NCBI GenBank assembly: GCA_051746725.1
Contig: JBNJFI010000070.1
Span: 1 to 10,853 of the forward strand
From: Fusobacteriota bacterium
GTDB taxonomy: Bacteria > Fusobacteriota > Fusobacteriia > Fusobacteriales > JBNJFI01
DNA: 10,853 nucleotides
Direction of reading: 5' to 3'
Below are positions 1 to 8,229 of the stretch, piece after piece. The notes beneath the pieces were generated by a model. It had not been told where the DNA came from and ran no database searches. It saw only the letters and a program-made list of their open reading frames with translations. Within the stretch, counting starts at the first letter, position 1, and the number at the start of each line of letters is the position of its first letter. A program made the position numbers and the translations under genes.

Positions 1-1
1 A

Positions 2-136
2 TTAAAAGGTGGACAGTTTATAGCTCAACTAGAACCACATGTTAGTATAGAAGCAGGGCAAACATATAAATTTTGGTTAGATATGAATAACTGTCATATC
101 TTTGATAAAAAGACTGAAGAAAACGTAAGTCTATAG
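2..136 (+). CDS. 3' end of a sugar ABC transporter ATP-binding subunit (MalK/MsmX/UgpC family), truncated by the window edge
   Basis: Manual translation from position 2 gives LKGGQFIAQLEPHVSIEAGQTYKFWLDMNNCHIFDKKTEENVSL*, with TAG at 134-136. The 'DM..CHIFDK.TE' ending is typical of the C-terminal TOBE/OB domain of CUT1 ATPases. It lies directly upstream of the sugar permeases and is not in the ORF track. Confidence 0.85.
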   Translation, partial: LKGGQFIAQLEPHVSIEAGQTYKFWLDMNNCHIFDKKTEENVSL

Positions 137-160
137 TATTAAAAGAGAGGAGGTATTTTT

Positions 161-1390
161 GTGTTAAAAAAGATAGATAATAAAATGGGATATACATGGC
201 TCGCCTTCACAATAGCTAATTTTTGCTTATTTGTATGGGGATTTGTTCTTCTTCTAAATGGAGTTATGTATGGACAGAATGCAAATGTTTATAATTTACT
301 GGGTTTTAAAATTAATTCTCCTTCCTTAGGATTTGTATTTATAATTTTAGGTATAGGTTTAATTTTTTATGGAATAACAAAGACAATTAGCTGTATGGAT
401 ATAAAAGTTAAAAGAATATTTTCCAATGTAGGATTAGCATATACCTATATAACTCCGGCTATAATAGGAATGACAGTATTAGTGTTTTTCCCATTGGTAT
501 TTGGTGTTTGGGTAGCTTTTACTAACTATAGTGGAACAGTTTTATTAAAGGATGTTACTTTTCCAACTTTAGAAATGTTTAAAAGAGTATTTACTAGTAG
601 TACATCAGATTTTTGGGATATATTATTTGTAAATATTTGGTGGACCGTTATTAATATTGTTTTATCAGTAGGATTAGGTATATTATTGGCACTAATATTA
701 AATCAGAAAAAAATGAAATTTAAGAAAATTTATAGAACCTTATTAGTTTTACCTTGGGCAGTACCTCAATATGTAACTGCATTAACATGGAAAGCTATGT
801 ATAATAAGGAATTTGGTGCATTTAATCAGATTTTGGCACCAATATATAATCTTTTTGATAATCCAGACGGGTTAAATTGGTTGAGTAAATCATATATTTC
901 TTTAGAACCTCTTAGAGATATCCCATTAATTGGAGCAGCTCTAGTAAATGTAATAGGACTTAAGGGATATTTAATATCGTTACCATTTATGGCAGTTGTA
1001 TTGGTAAATGTATGGTTAGGATTTCCATTTATGATGATTGTTGCTTTAGGTGGATTACAGTCAATTTCAGAAACTTTCTATGAAGCAGCAGAAATTGATG
1101 GTGCCACTAAATATCAACAGTTTAAATATATAACAGCTCCACTTTTAAAACCAACAATGATTCCGGCAATTATATTAAGTATTATATGGACATTTAATCA
1201 ATTTAATGTAATATACTTAATAACAACACACGACAAAATGTCTTTATTGGTAGTAAGTGCATATAGAGCGGCATTTGAGCGGTTCCAGTTTGCATATGCA
1301 GGAGCATATTCTGTTGTTGTATTTGTAATCTTAGCAAGTTATAGTATATTTACAATGAAGATGTCAAAAGCAACAGAGGAGGTTTATTAA
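161..1390 (+). CDS. Carbohydrate ABC transporter permease, MalF/UgpA-like (409 aa)
   Basis: GTG start with AGGAGG at 148-153. Multiple hydrophobic segments, the MalF-type motifs 'YRTLLVLPWAVP' and 'NVWLGFPFMM', and the EAA loop 'FYEAAEIDGATKYQQFKYITAPLLKP'. Confidence 0.93.
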   Translation: MLKKIDNKMGYTWLAFTIANFCLFVWGFVLLLNGVMYGQNANVYNLLGFKINSPSLGFVFIILGIGLIFYGITKTISCMDIKVKRIFSNVGLAYTYITPAIIGMTVLVFFPLVFGVWVAFTNYSGTVLLKDVTFPTLEMFKRVFTSSTSDFWDILFVNIWWTVINIVLSVGLGILLALILNQKKMKFKKIYRTLLVLPWAVPQYVTALTWKAMYNKEFGAFNQILAPIYNLFDNPDGLNWLSKSYISLEPLRDIPLIGAALVNVIGLKGYLISLPFMAVVLVNVWLGFPFMMIVALGGLQSISETFYEAAEIDGATKYQQFKYITAPLLKPTMIPAIILSIIWTFNQFNVIYLITTHDKMSLLVVSAYRAAFERFQFAYAGAYSVVVFVILASYSIFTMKMSKATEEVY

Positions 1391-1391
1391 G

Positions 1392-3263
1392 ATGGCAAAG
1401 AACCAAAACTATACAAAAAAAGAATTTTATAGGAGTTTATTCGTTGTTTTAGTCTCATTGGCAGTTTTTGCTGGGATAATAACGTATAATATGAGAAAAA
1501 CAAAAAAGACAGTAAAAAATGATGTTAAAGTTTCAAGTGAGTTTTTTTCAAATGCATTAGTTAATGAAATTAAAGATATGTCAAAAGAAAACCCTTTATA
1601 CAAAAGATTACCATCTTTATTATTCGGAAATGCTAGAAATACAATACAACCTAAAAACTTTGATACTTTCATTCCAGAAGATAGAGAAGATGAAATATCT
1701 AATTTAGGAGTAGAAGCTGTTGCAGTTTGGAAAGAAAAAGATGGAGAACTGGTAAATATGGTTCATACTATAGATTCTTATAATAAAAAGGGAATTTATG
1801 GAATTGGTGTAGAAGAAAAGATAACAGAAAGTAATGTAAAGAGATATTTTAGATTGAAATTAGAAAATGATTGGATAGTAGATACATATAAGGATCTATC
1901 AGAGTATAATCTAGAGAATTTAGATAATGTTCTAGAAAGAGATGATAGAGAAGTCATACATACTCTAGAAAAGTTTCAAGTAAATGATGAAAATTATTAC
2001 TTAAATATCCAGTACTCTAAGCAATCTATAAAAGATAATAGAATAACAAAAAAGACTCAAGTAATGGTTATAAAAACTTTATTTATATATTTGGTATTCT
2101 TACTTGTCTATTCATTAATAATGGATAGAAGAATGTTAATGCATGTTTTAATATTATATGCTTTGATTTTTGCAGTTTATCCGTTGACTTGGATAACATC
2201 ATTGACATTTAAAAGTACAAATGCATTAGGAGGTACGACTTTAAATCCAATTCCTAAAAATGCAACCTTGGATAATTATAAAGAAGCATTATTTAATTTA
2301 AATAAAGTTACCCGTGAAGGAGCTGTTTTAGAAGGAGATGAAATTTTAGTCAAAGAAGCAGTTATGAATAATAACAGAGAAGAACCTAAAGTTTTGGAAA
2401 AAAACATAAAATCAGTTTATAATGTTTTTGATCCACAAAAGACAAATCTCTGGGAAGAAGGAAAAGGAGAATTAATAACTGAAGAAGAAGTTGAATATAT
2501 TGAATATAATGAAGAGCAACGGGAGATTCGAAATCATATATATAAGATAAAATTAGAAACTGATCCTAAAATGTCAAAGGATAGTCAGATATATAATATA
2601 GAATACTATACCTATGAAAATAAACGCTTTATATCAGGTATAAGAAACTCTCTATTCATAGCTTTTTCATCAGCTTTGCTTAGTGTAGTCTTGGCCTCAG
2701 CAGCAGGATATTCTTTTTCTAGATTCAAGTTTCCAGGAAAAGAAGGTTTTATGATGTCATTTTTAGTAACTCAGATGTTTCCAGGAACAACTATGTTGAT
2801 TCCTTTATATATAATATTTTCAAATTTAGGATTGATAGATACATTTAGAGGTTTGATTTTAGCTTTTTCAATTACCTCATTACCATTTAATATATGGAAT
2901 TTAAAAGGCTTTTTTGATACAGTTCCTCAAGATTTAGAAGAAGCAGCATTAATTGACGGCTGTTCAGCTTCGCAAACATTTTATAAGATAGTATTGCCGT
3001 TATCACTACCAGCACTTGCTATTTCTGGGTTATTTGCATTTATGAATGCCTGGAATGAATATATATTAGCGGCAACTTTTACAAATACAGAGAGCAAATA
3101 TCCAATAGCCGTTGTAATTAAACAGTTAGTTGGATCTAATAGTGTGGATTGGCCTATGTTTGCAACAATGTCGGTATTAGTATCAATACCAGTAGTAATA
3201 GTATTCCTGATGTCTCAAAAATATTTAGTAAGTGGATTAACAGCAGGGGGAGTCAAGGGATAA
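1392..3263 (+). CDS. Carbohydrate ABC transporter permease, MalG-like, with a large N-terminal extension and a loop insertion (623 aa)
   Basis: AGGAGG at 1377-1382 lies inside the upstream gene and the start is 1 nt after its stop. MalG motifs: 'TLDNY', 'AGYSFSRFKFPG', 'TQMFP', 'KGFFDTVPQDLEEAALIDG', 'AWNEYILA' and C-terminal 'LVSGLTAGGVKG'. Confidence 0.93.
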   Translation: MAKNQNYTKKEFYRSLFVVLVSLAVFAGIITYNMRKTKKTVKNDVKVSSEFFSNALVNEIKDMSKENPLYKRLPSLLFGNARNTIQPKNFDTFIPEDREDEISNLGVEAVAVWKEKDGELVNMVHTIDSYNKKGIYGIGVEEKITESNVKRYFRLKLENDWIVDTYKDLSEYNLENLDNVLERDDREVIHTLEKFQVNDENYYLNIQYSKQSIKDNRITKKTQVMVIKTLFIYLVFLLVYSLIMDRRMLMHVLILYALIFAVYPLTWITSLTFKSTNALGGTTLNPIPKNATLDNYKEALFNLNKVTREGAVLEGDEILVKEAVMNNNREEPKVLEKNIKSVYNVFDPQKTNLWEEGKGELITEEEVEYIEYNEEQREIRNHIYKIKLETDPKMSKDSQIYNIEYYTYENKRFISGIRNSLFIAFSSALLSVVLASAAGYSFSRFKFPGKEGFMMSFLVTQMFPGTTMLIPLYIIFSNLGLIDTFRGLILAFSITSLPFNIWNLKGFFDTVPQDLEEAALIDGCSASQTFYKIVLPLSLPALAISGLFAFMNAWNEYILAATFTNTESKYPIAVVIKQLVGSNSVDWPMFATMSVLVSIPVVIVFLMSQKYLVSGLTAGGVKG

Positions 3264-3296
3264 TAAAATATATATAAAAAATAAGGAGGAAGAAAG

Positions 3297-4511
3297 ATGA
3301 AAAAAAGATTTTTAACAGTAGTAGCAATGATGATTTTAGTATTTTCGTTTGAAGCAATGGCAAAACCAATTAAATTATGGTACGCTTGGACAGGACAGGA
3401 AAAAGAGGCAATGTTGAGTTTGGTGTCTAAGTATCAACAAGTTTCAGGAAATGAAGTAGATGCATTAATGGTTCCTTTTGATGCATTACAAGGTAAATAT
3501 CAAACAATGTCACCTCAAGGTCAAGGGCCAGATGTAATAGTGGGTCCTGGAGATTGGATAGGACCATTTTCTGATCAAAACTTAATAGAACCTTTAGATT
3601 CATATGTAAGTGAAAATACAAAAAAGGGTTTTATTCAAACAGTTATCGATGCATGTAAATATGATGGTAAGTTATATGGATTACCAGAATCATTTAAAGT
3701 TCCTGCATTGATATATAATAAAGATTTATTACCTGAACCACCTCAAACAACTGATGAAATGATTGAAGTTGGAAAGAAAAATACTAGAGAAGGAGAAGCT
3801 ATGTATGGTTTAGTATATGACAAAGGAAACTTCTACTATCATATAGGATGGATAGGTGGATTCGGAGGAACTATATTAGATGAAAATAATGATCCTACAT
3901 TTACTTCAGAAGCTCAAATTAAAGCGGCTAAATTTATAAAGTCTTTACAAGAAGAACCTAATAAAATAATGCCGGAACAAGTTGACTATAATGTAATGAT
4001 GACTCTGTTTAACCAAGGATTAGCAACAATGATAATAAATGGTCCATGGGTTATAGGAGATTTAATAGATTCTGGAATAAACTTTGGAATATCTAGATTA
4101 CCAAAAGTTTCAGAAACTGGAAAATGGCCTGCTCCAACAGTAGGACCAGAAGTTGTAATGCTTTCTGCTAATGCAAATAACAAAGACAAGGCTTATGACT
4201 TAGTTAACTTCTTAACTTCTAAAACAGCACAAATTAATATGGCTAAGATAGGTCATATTCCTTCAAGAACATCTGTTTATGATGACAGAGAAGTTAAGAG
4301 AAGTAGAGTTTTCGAATATATAAATGCATTTAGAGATCAAGCAGAAGTTGGAACGCCAATGCCTACAGCACCAGAAATGGCAGCTGGAATATGGTCAAAT
4401 GGAAATACTATGCTTTCTAATGTATTATCTGGAACAACAACAGCTGAAGAGGCAGCAGCAGATGTTCAAGAAAAAGCAGAAGAATCTATAAGTGTTTTAA
4501 GAAATAACTAA
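3297..4511 (+). CDS. Extracytoplasmic sugar-binding protein, MalE-like maltose/maltodextrin-binding family (404 aa)
   Basis: AGGAGG at 3284-3289. Signal peptide MKKRFLTVVAMMILVFSFEAMA. MalE-family motifs 'GQGPDV..GPGDWIG', 'YDGKLYGLP', 'ALIYNKDLLPEPP', 'MIINGPW' and 'PMPTAPEM'. The substrate is inferred from the family. Confidence 0.9.
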   Translation: MKKRFLTVVAMMILVFSFEAMAKPIKLWYAWTGQEKEAMLSLVSKYQQVSGNEVDALMVPFDALQGKYQTMSPQGQGPDVIVGPGDWIGPFSDQNLIEPLDSYVSENTKKGFIQTVIDACKYDGKLYGLPESFKVPALIYNKDLLPEPPQTTDEMIEVGKKNTREGEAMYGLVYDKGNFYYHIGWIGGFGGTILDENNDPTFTSEAQIKAAKFIKSLQEEPNKIMPEQVDYNVMMTLFNQGLATMIINGPWVIGDLIDSGINFGISRLPKVSETGKWPAPTVGPEVVMLSANANNKDKAYDLVNFLTSKTAQINMAKIGHIPSRTSVYDDREVKRSRVFEYINAFRDQAEVGTPMPTAPEMAAGIWSNGNTMLSNVLSGTTTAEEAAADVQEKAEESISVLRNN

Positions 4512-4550
4512 TTTTAGATAAAAGCTACATGTAAAGTTAAATAATATATA

Positions 4551-4590
4551 AATAGGTATGATAGTTATCAAAGCTATTATGCCTATTTTT
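4551..4590 (+). terminator. Rho-independent terminator of the sugar ABC operon
   Basis: AATAGGTATGATAGTT (4551-4566) pairs with AGCTATTATGCCTATT (4572-4587) using three G-U pairs around a 5-nt loop, and runs into TTTTT. It begins about 40 nt after the binding-protein stop. Confidence 0.75.
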
Positions 4591-4684
4591 ATTGTATATA
4601 AAAACATTATTTGATACTATATATTTTATAATTTATTATATGATTTGTATAAAAAATATTTACCAGATATAAAGTAAAATATAA

Positions 4685-4713
4685 TTGAAAAATGATATGA
4701 TATGTGTTAGAAT
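4685..4713 (+). promoter_or_regulatory. sigma70/sigmaA-type promoter upstream of pth
   Basis: -35 TTGAAA (4685-4690), 17-bp spacer, -10 TAGAAT (4708-4713), with an extended -10 TG at 4705-4706. The AT-rich context raises the chance of spurious matches. Confidence 0.65.
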
Positions 4714-4784
4714 ATTTAATAGATGTTAACCTATAAAATACAATTCGAATGCAATTATTTAAATATGATAATGATGGAGGACAA

Positions 4785-5342
4785 ATGAAGTTAATAGTTG
4801 GTTTAGGAAATCCAGGGACAAAATATGAAAAAACCAGACATAATATTGGTTTTCAGATAATTGAAAAGTATATATCTGAAAAAAATTTAAGCGGAGCTAA
4901 AAATAAATTCCAAAGTAAATTTATAAAAGAAAAATTGAATGGAGAAAAAGTTTTTTTTATTATGCCTCAAACCTTTATGAATTTAAGCGGAGATGCAGTT
5001 GGAGAAATAGTTAACTACTATAATATATCTCCCAATAATGTTACAATTATATATGATGATCTTGATTTACCACTGGGAAAGATACGTATTAAGAAAAAGG
5101 GGGGATCAGGGGGACATAACGGAATAAAATCTATTATTTCACATATAGGTAATGACTTTATTAGATTGAGATGTGGAATTGGAAGACCTCAGGGTCAAAT
5201 CGATGTAGCTAATTATGTATTGAGTAAATTTACTGATACAGAAAAAATAAAAGTGAAAAAGATGACAGAAGAAGCAGTCAACGTAATAGAAGAAATAATT
5301 AAAGATAAAAAAATAACAAATATTATGAACCAATATAATTAA
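4785..5342 (+). CDS. pth: Peptidyl-tRNA hydrolase (185 aa)
   Basis: MKLIVGLGNPG..Y..TRHNIGF, 'PQTFMNLSG', 'YDDLDLPLG' and 'GGSGGHNGIKSII'. Start moved from 4749 to the ATG at 4785, which follows GGAGG (4776-4780) and gives the canonical Pth N-terminus. Confidence 0.97.
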   Translation: MKLIVGLGNPGTKYEKTRHNIGFQIIEKYISEKNLSGAKNKFQSKFIKEKLNGEKVFFIMPQTFMNLSGDAVGEIVNYYNISPNNVTIIYDDLDLPLGKIRIKKKGGSGGHNGIKSIISHIGNDFIRLRCGIGRPQGQIDVANYVLSKFTDTEKIKVKKMTEEAVNVIEEIIKDKKITNIMNQYN

Positions 5343-5370
5343 AATCCTTATGAAAGGATTTTATTTTTTT
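5340..5370 (+). terminator. Putative intrinsic terminator between pth and rnfC
   Basis: TAAAATCCTT (5340-5349), loop ATGA, AAGGATTTTA (5354-5363), then T7 (5364-5370). The stem has only two G-C pairs and overlaps the pth stop codon. Confidence 0.55.
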
Positions 5371-5408
5371 GCTATTTATAAATTATAATATTAAGAGGAG
5401 GAGAGATT

Positions 5409-6722
5409 ATGAGCGTATTTACATTTAAAAGAGGAGGAGTACACCCCCCTGGAAATAAAGAGTTATCGTCTGACAAAAAAGTTGAGCAGATGAGTGCTCC
5501 AGAAACAGTATACATACCATTAATGCAGCATATAGGGGCTCCAGCTAAAGCAGTTATAAAAGTCGGAGATAAAGTAAAGAAGGGACAGTTAATAGGGGAA
5601 AAGCAAGGTTTTGTTTCCTCAAATATTCATTCTTCTGTATCAGGAGAAGTTATAGATATAAAATCAATGGCTTATCCAATTAATAAAGAAGTTACAACTG
5701 TTATAATACAAAATGACGGCGAGGATAATTGGGTAGATTTAAATGAACATAAAGATTATAAAAATATAAAAAAGGAAGAACTTCTGGAAATAATAGATAA
5801 ACAGGGAATTGTGGGAAAAGGAGGAGCAACATTTCCAACAAGTATAAAACTAGACCCTCCTAAAGATAAGCCTATAGATACTCTTTTATTAAATGGTGCA
5901 GAATGTGAACCATATTTAAATGCTGATAATCGACTAATGATAGATAGAACAGATGAAATGATTGAAGGAATTAAAATAATTTTGCATATATTGGGAATAA
6001 ATAATGCAATTATAGGGATTGAGGATAACAAGCAAGAAGCTATAAAAGTTGTGAAAAATGCAATTAAAGATGAATCGGATATTGAGCTTGCAGTTGTCGA
6101 GACTAAATATCCACAAGGAGGAGAAAAACAACTTATAAAGGCGGTATTAGATAGAGAAGTACCTTCGGGATGTTTGCCATCTGAGATAGGGGTTGTAGTA
6201 CATAATGTTGCTACAGCAAGAGCTATATATCAAGCTGTAGTAGAAGGAAAGCCACTTATAAGAAGAATTGTTACTGTTACTGGAGGAGCCATTAAAGACC
6301 CTAAAAACCTATGTGTTAGTATTGGGACAAGGTTTAAAGATGTTTTAGATTATGTTGGATTTGATAAAAGTAAAATGGAAAAACTTATATTAGGTGGTCC
6401 AATGATGGGATTTTCTCAATATACATGGGATGTTTCGGTTATCAAAGGAACATCTGGAATACTTGCTTTGACAAAAGAAGAGTCAAAGTCAAAAAAGACT
6501 TATAGTTGTATAAATTGTGGAAAATGTATAGAAGCATGTCCTGTTAATTTACTTCCTCAGATGTATGCAAAATTAGGTGTAAGCGAACAGTGGAAAGAGA
6601 TGGAAGATTATAATTTAATGGATTGTATGGAATGTGGATCTTGTTCATATATATGTCCTTCCAATAGACCAATTACAGATATGATCAAATTGGGAAAATT
6701 AAAATTAAGATCAAAAAAATAA
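5409..6722 (+). CDS. rnfC: Rnf complex subunit C (NADH/FMN-binding, 2x[4Fe-4S])
   Basis: 'GGVHP', 'QHIGAPA', 'GIVGKGGATFPT', 'NGAECEPYL', 'YPQGGEKQL', 'GGPMMG' and two CxxCxxCxxxCP motifs. AGGAGG RBS upstream. Confidence 0.97.
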   Translation: MSVFTFKRGGVHPPGNKELSSDKKVEQMSAPETVYIPLMQHIGAPAKAVIKVGDKVKKGQLIGEKQGFVSSNIHSSVSGEVIDIKSMAYPINKEVTTVIIQNDGEDNWVDLNEHKDYKNIKKEELLEIIDKQGIVGKGGATFPTSIKLDPPKDKPIDTLLLNGAECEPYLNADNRLMIDRTDEMIEGIKIILHILGINNAIIGIEDNKQEAIKVVKNAIKDESDIELAVVETKYPQGGEKQLIKAVLDREVPSGCLPSEIGVVVHNVATARAIYQAVVEGKPLIRRIVTVTGGAIKDPKNLCVSIGTRFKDVLDYVGFDKSKMEKLILGGPMMGFSQYTWDVSVIKGTSGILALTKEESKSKKTYSCINCGKCIEACPVNLLPQMYAKLGVSEQWKEMEDYNLMDCMECGSCSYICPSNRPITDMIKLGKLKLRSKK

Positions 6723-6754
6723 TTTGAGAATAAAAAGATGAAAGGAGATATAAA

Positions 6755-7699
6755 ATGAAAGAAAGATTAAAAGTAACACCTTCTCCACATATAAAATCTG
6801 ATACAACAGTGGTAAGTATAATGTGGGATGTTGTAATTGCTTTAGTACCTACTATAATAGCTGCAATATACTTTTTTGGAATAAAAGCGATAACAATTTT
6901 AGTTATTTCAGTATTGACAGCAATAATAAGTGAGGCTTTGACACAGAAATTAATGGATAGAGAGGTTGATATTATAAATGGTAGTGCTGTAATAACTGGA
7001 TTACTTTTTGCATTAGTTGTACCTCCATCTCTACCTTGGTGGCTTGTAATTATAGGAAGTTCTATTTCAATAGTTATTGGTAAAATGATATTTGGTGGAT
7101 TGGGAAATAATATATTTAATCCGGCTTTAGTGGGAAGAGCTTTTTTGGTGGCGTCTTGGCCAGCTTTTATGACAACTTGGACAAAATTAGATGCCCAAAC
7201 AGGAGCTACTCCTTTGGGAATATTTAAAGAAAGTGGAATGGACAAGGTAGTATCTATATTTGGAGATAAAGTGACTCTTTATTCTGATTTATTTATGGGA
7301 AATATAAATGGATCTTTAGGAGAAACATCTGCTTTAGCAATAATTATAGGAGGATTATATTTATTATATAAAAAGCATATTTCTTGGCATATTCCTGTTG
7401 TATATATTGGTACAGTTGCTTTTTTAACTGGAATTATGGGTCATGATCCAATTTTTCATATTTTTTCTGGTGGATTAATGATAGGTGCTTTTTTTATGGC
7501 AACGGATATGGTTACAAGTCCTTCTACAAAAAAGGGACAAATATTCTTTGCTCTTGGAGCTGGAATATTAGTAACAGTAATAAGACTTGTAGGCGGATAT
7601 CCAGAGGGTGTTGCTTATTCTATATTGATTATGAATGCCTTTGTTCCATTAATAGATACTTATGTAAAACCTAAGATATATGGTGAGGTGAAATCATGA
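6755..7699 (+). CDS. rnfD: Rnf complex subunit D (membrane, covalent FMN)
   Basis: 'SPHI', 'FGGLGNNIFNPALVGR', the flavinylation motif 'DAQTGATPL' (Thr152), 'GSLGETS', 'FFMATDMVTSP' and 'GGYPEGV'. Confidence 0.97.
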   Translation: MKERLKVTPSPHIKSDTTVVSIMWDVVIALVPTIIAAIYFFGIKAITILVISVLTAIISEALTQKLMDREVDIINGSAVITGLLFALVVPPSLPWWLVIIGSSISIVIGKMIFGGLGNNIFNPALVGRAFLVASWPAFMTTWTKLDAQTGATPLGIFKESGMDKVVSIFGDKVTLYSDLFMGNINGSLGETSALAIIIGGLYLLYKKHISWHIPVVYIGTVAFLTGIMGHDPIFHIFSGGLMIGAFFMATDMVTSPSTKKGQIFFALGAGILVTVIRLVGGYPEGVAYSILIMNAFVPLIDTYVKPKIYGEVKS

Positions 7700-8229
7700 A
7701 AAGAATAATACATTATGGAATAGTGCTTTTTTTAATAGCAATAGTAATAAGTGGTACTTTGGCTAAAATTAATCAAAACACCTCTGTTATTATAGAACAA
7801 GCCTCTAGAGAAAAGATTAAAAATTCTAGAAAAATGGTTTTACAAGAGGCAAGTGAATTTAAAATGGATGAAATAATTAAAAAAGAGTCCTATGAATTTA
7901 TACCTGGTTATAATAATGGAGAAAAAGTAGGATATGTTACAAATGTTTCATCTTCTGGTTATGGTGGAGATATTATATTTGTTCTCGGATTTGATCTTTC
8001 AGGTGAAATAAAAGGAATAAATATAATAGAAAGCAAAGAAACTCCTGGGTTAGGAGCAAAAATAATGAATAGGTCATGGCAGAAAAAATGGGAAGGAAGA
8101 ACATCTGACTATGAATTTAATAAATCAGTAGATGCCTTTGCAGGTGCAACTGTGTCTCCTAAAGCAGTATATACAGGGATACAAGAAGCTTTAAAAGTAT
8201 ACGAAGAGGAGGTAAAATCTAATGAGTAA
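7696..8229 (+). CDS. rnfG: Rnf complex subunit G (membrane-anchored, covalent FMN)
   Basis: N-terminal TM, 'GYGGDI', 'ETPGLGAKI' and 'DAFAGATVS' (Thr152). ATGA overlap with rnfD. Confidence 0.95.
   Translation: MKRIIHYGIVLFLIAIVISGTLAKINQNTSVIIEQASREKIKNSRKMVLQEASEFKMDEIIKKESYEFIPGYNNGEKVGYVTNVSSSGYGGDIIFVLGFDLSGEIKGINIIESKETPGLGAKIMNRSWQKKWEGRTSDYEFNKSVDAFAGATVSPKAVYTGIQEALKVYEEEVKSNE

Noticed and set aside
4749..4784. 12-codon N-terminal extension of pth in the ORF track
   Set aside because: There is no RBS before 4749. GGAGG at 4776-4780 and the canonical MKLIVGLGNPG start point to 4785.
4591..4784. Possible Rex-like operator, riboswitch or sRNA in the AT-rich intergenic region, including ATGATATGATATG at 4692-4704
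   Set aside because: No convincing palindrome or stable structure was found, and short repeats are expected at this AT content.
5369..5389. TTGCTA...TATAAT as a canonical rnfC promoter
   Set aside because: The spacer is only 9 bp, which is incompatible with sigma70 geometry.
1427..6131. Short - strand ORFs at 1427-1672, 3427-3621, 3986-4189, 5139-5333, 5756-6031 and 5934-6131
   Set aside because: All lie fully antisense to well-supported genes and have no recognisable motifs; they are typical shadow ORFs.
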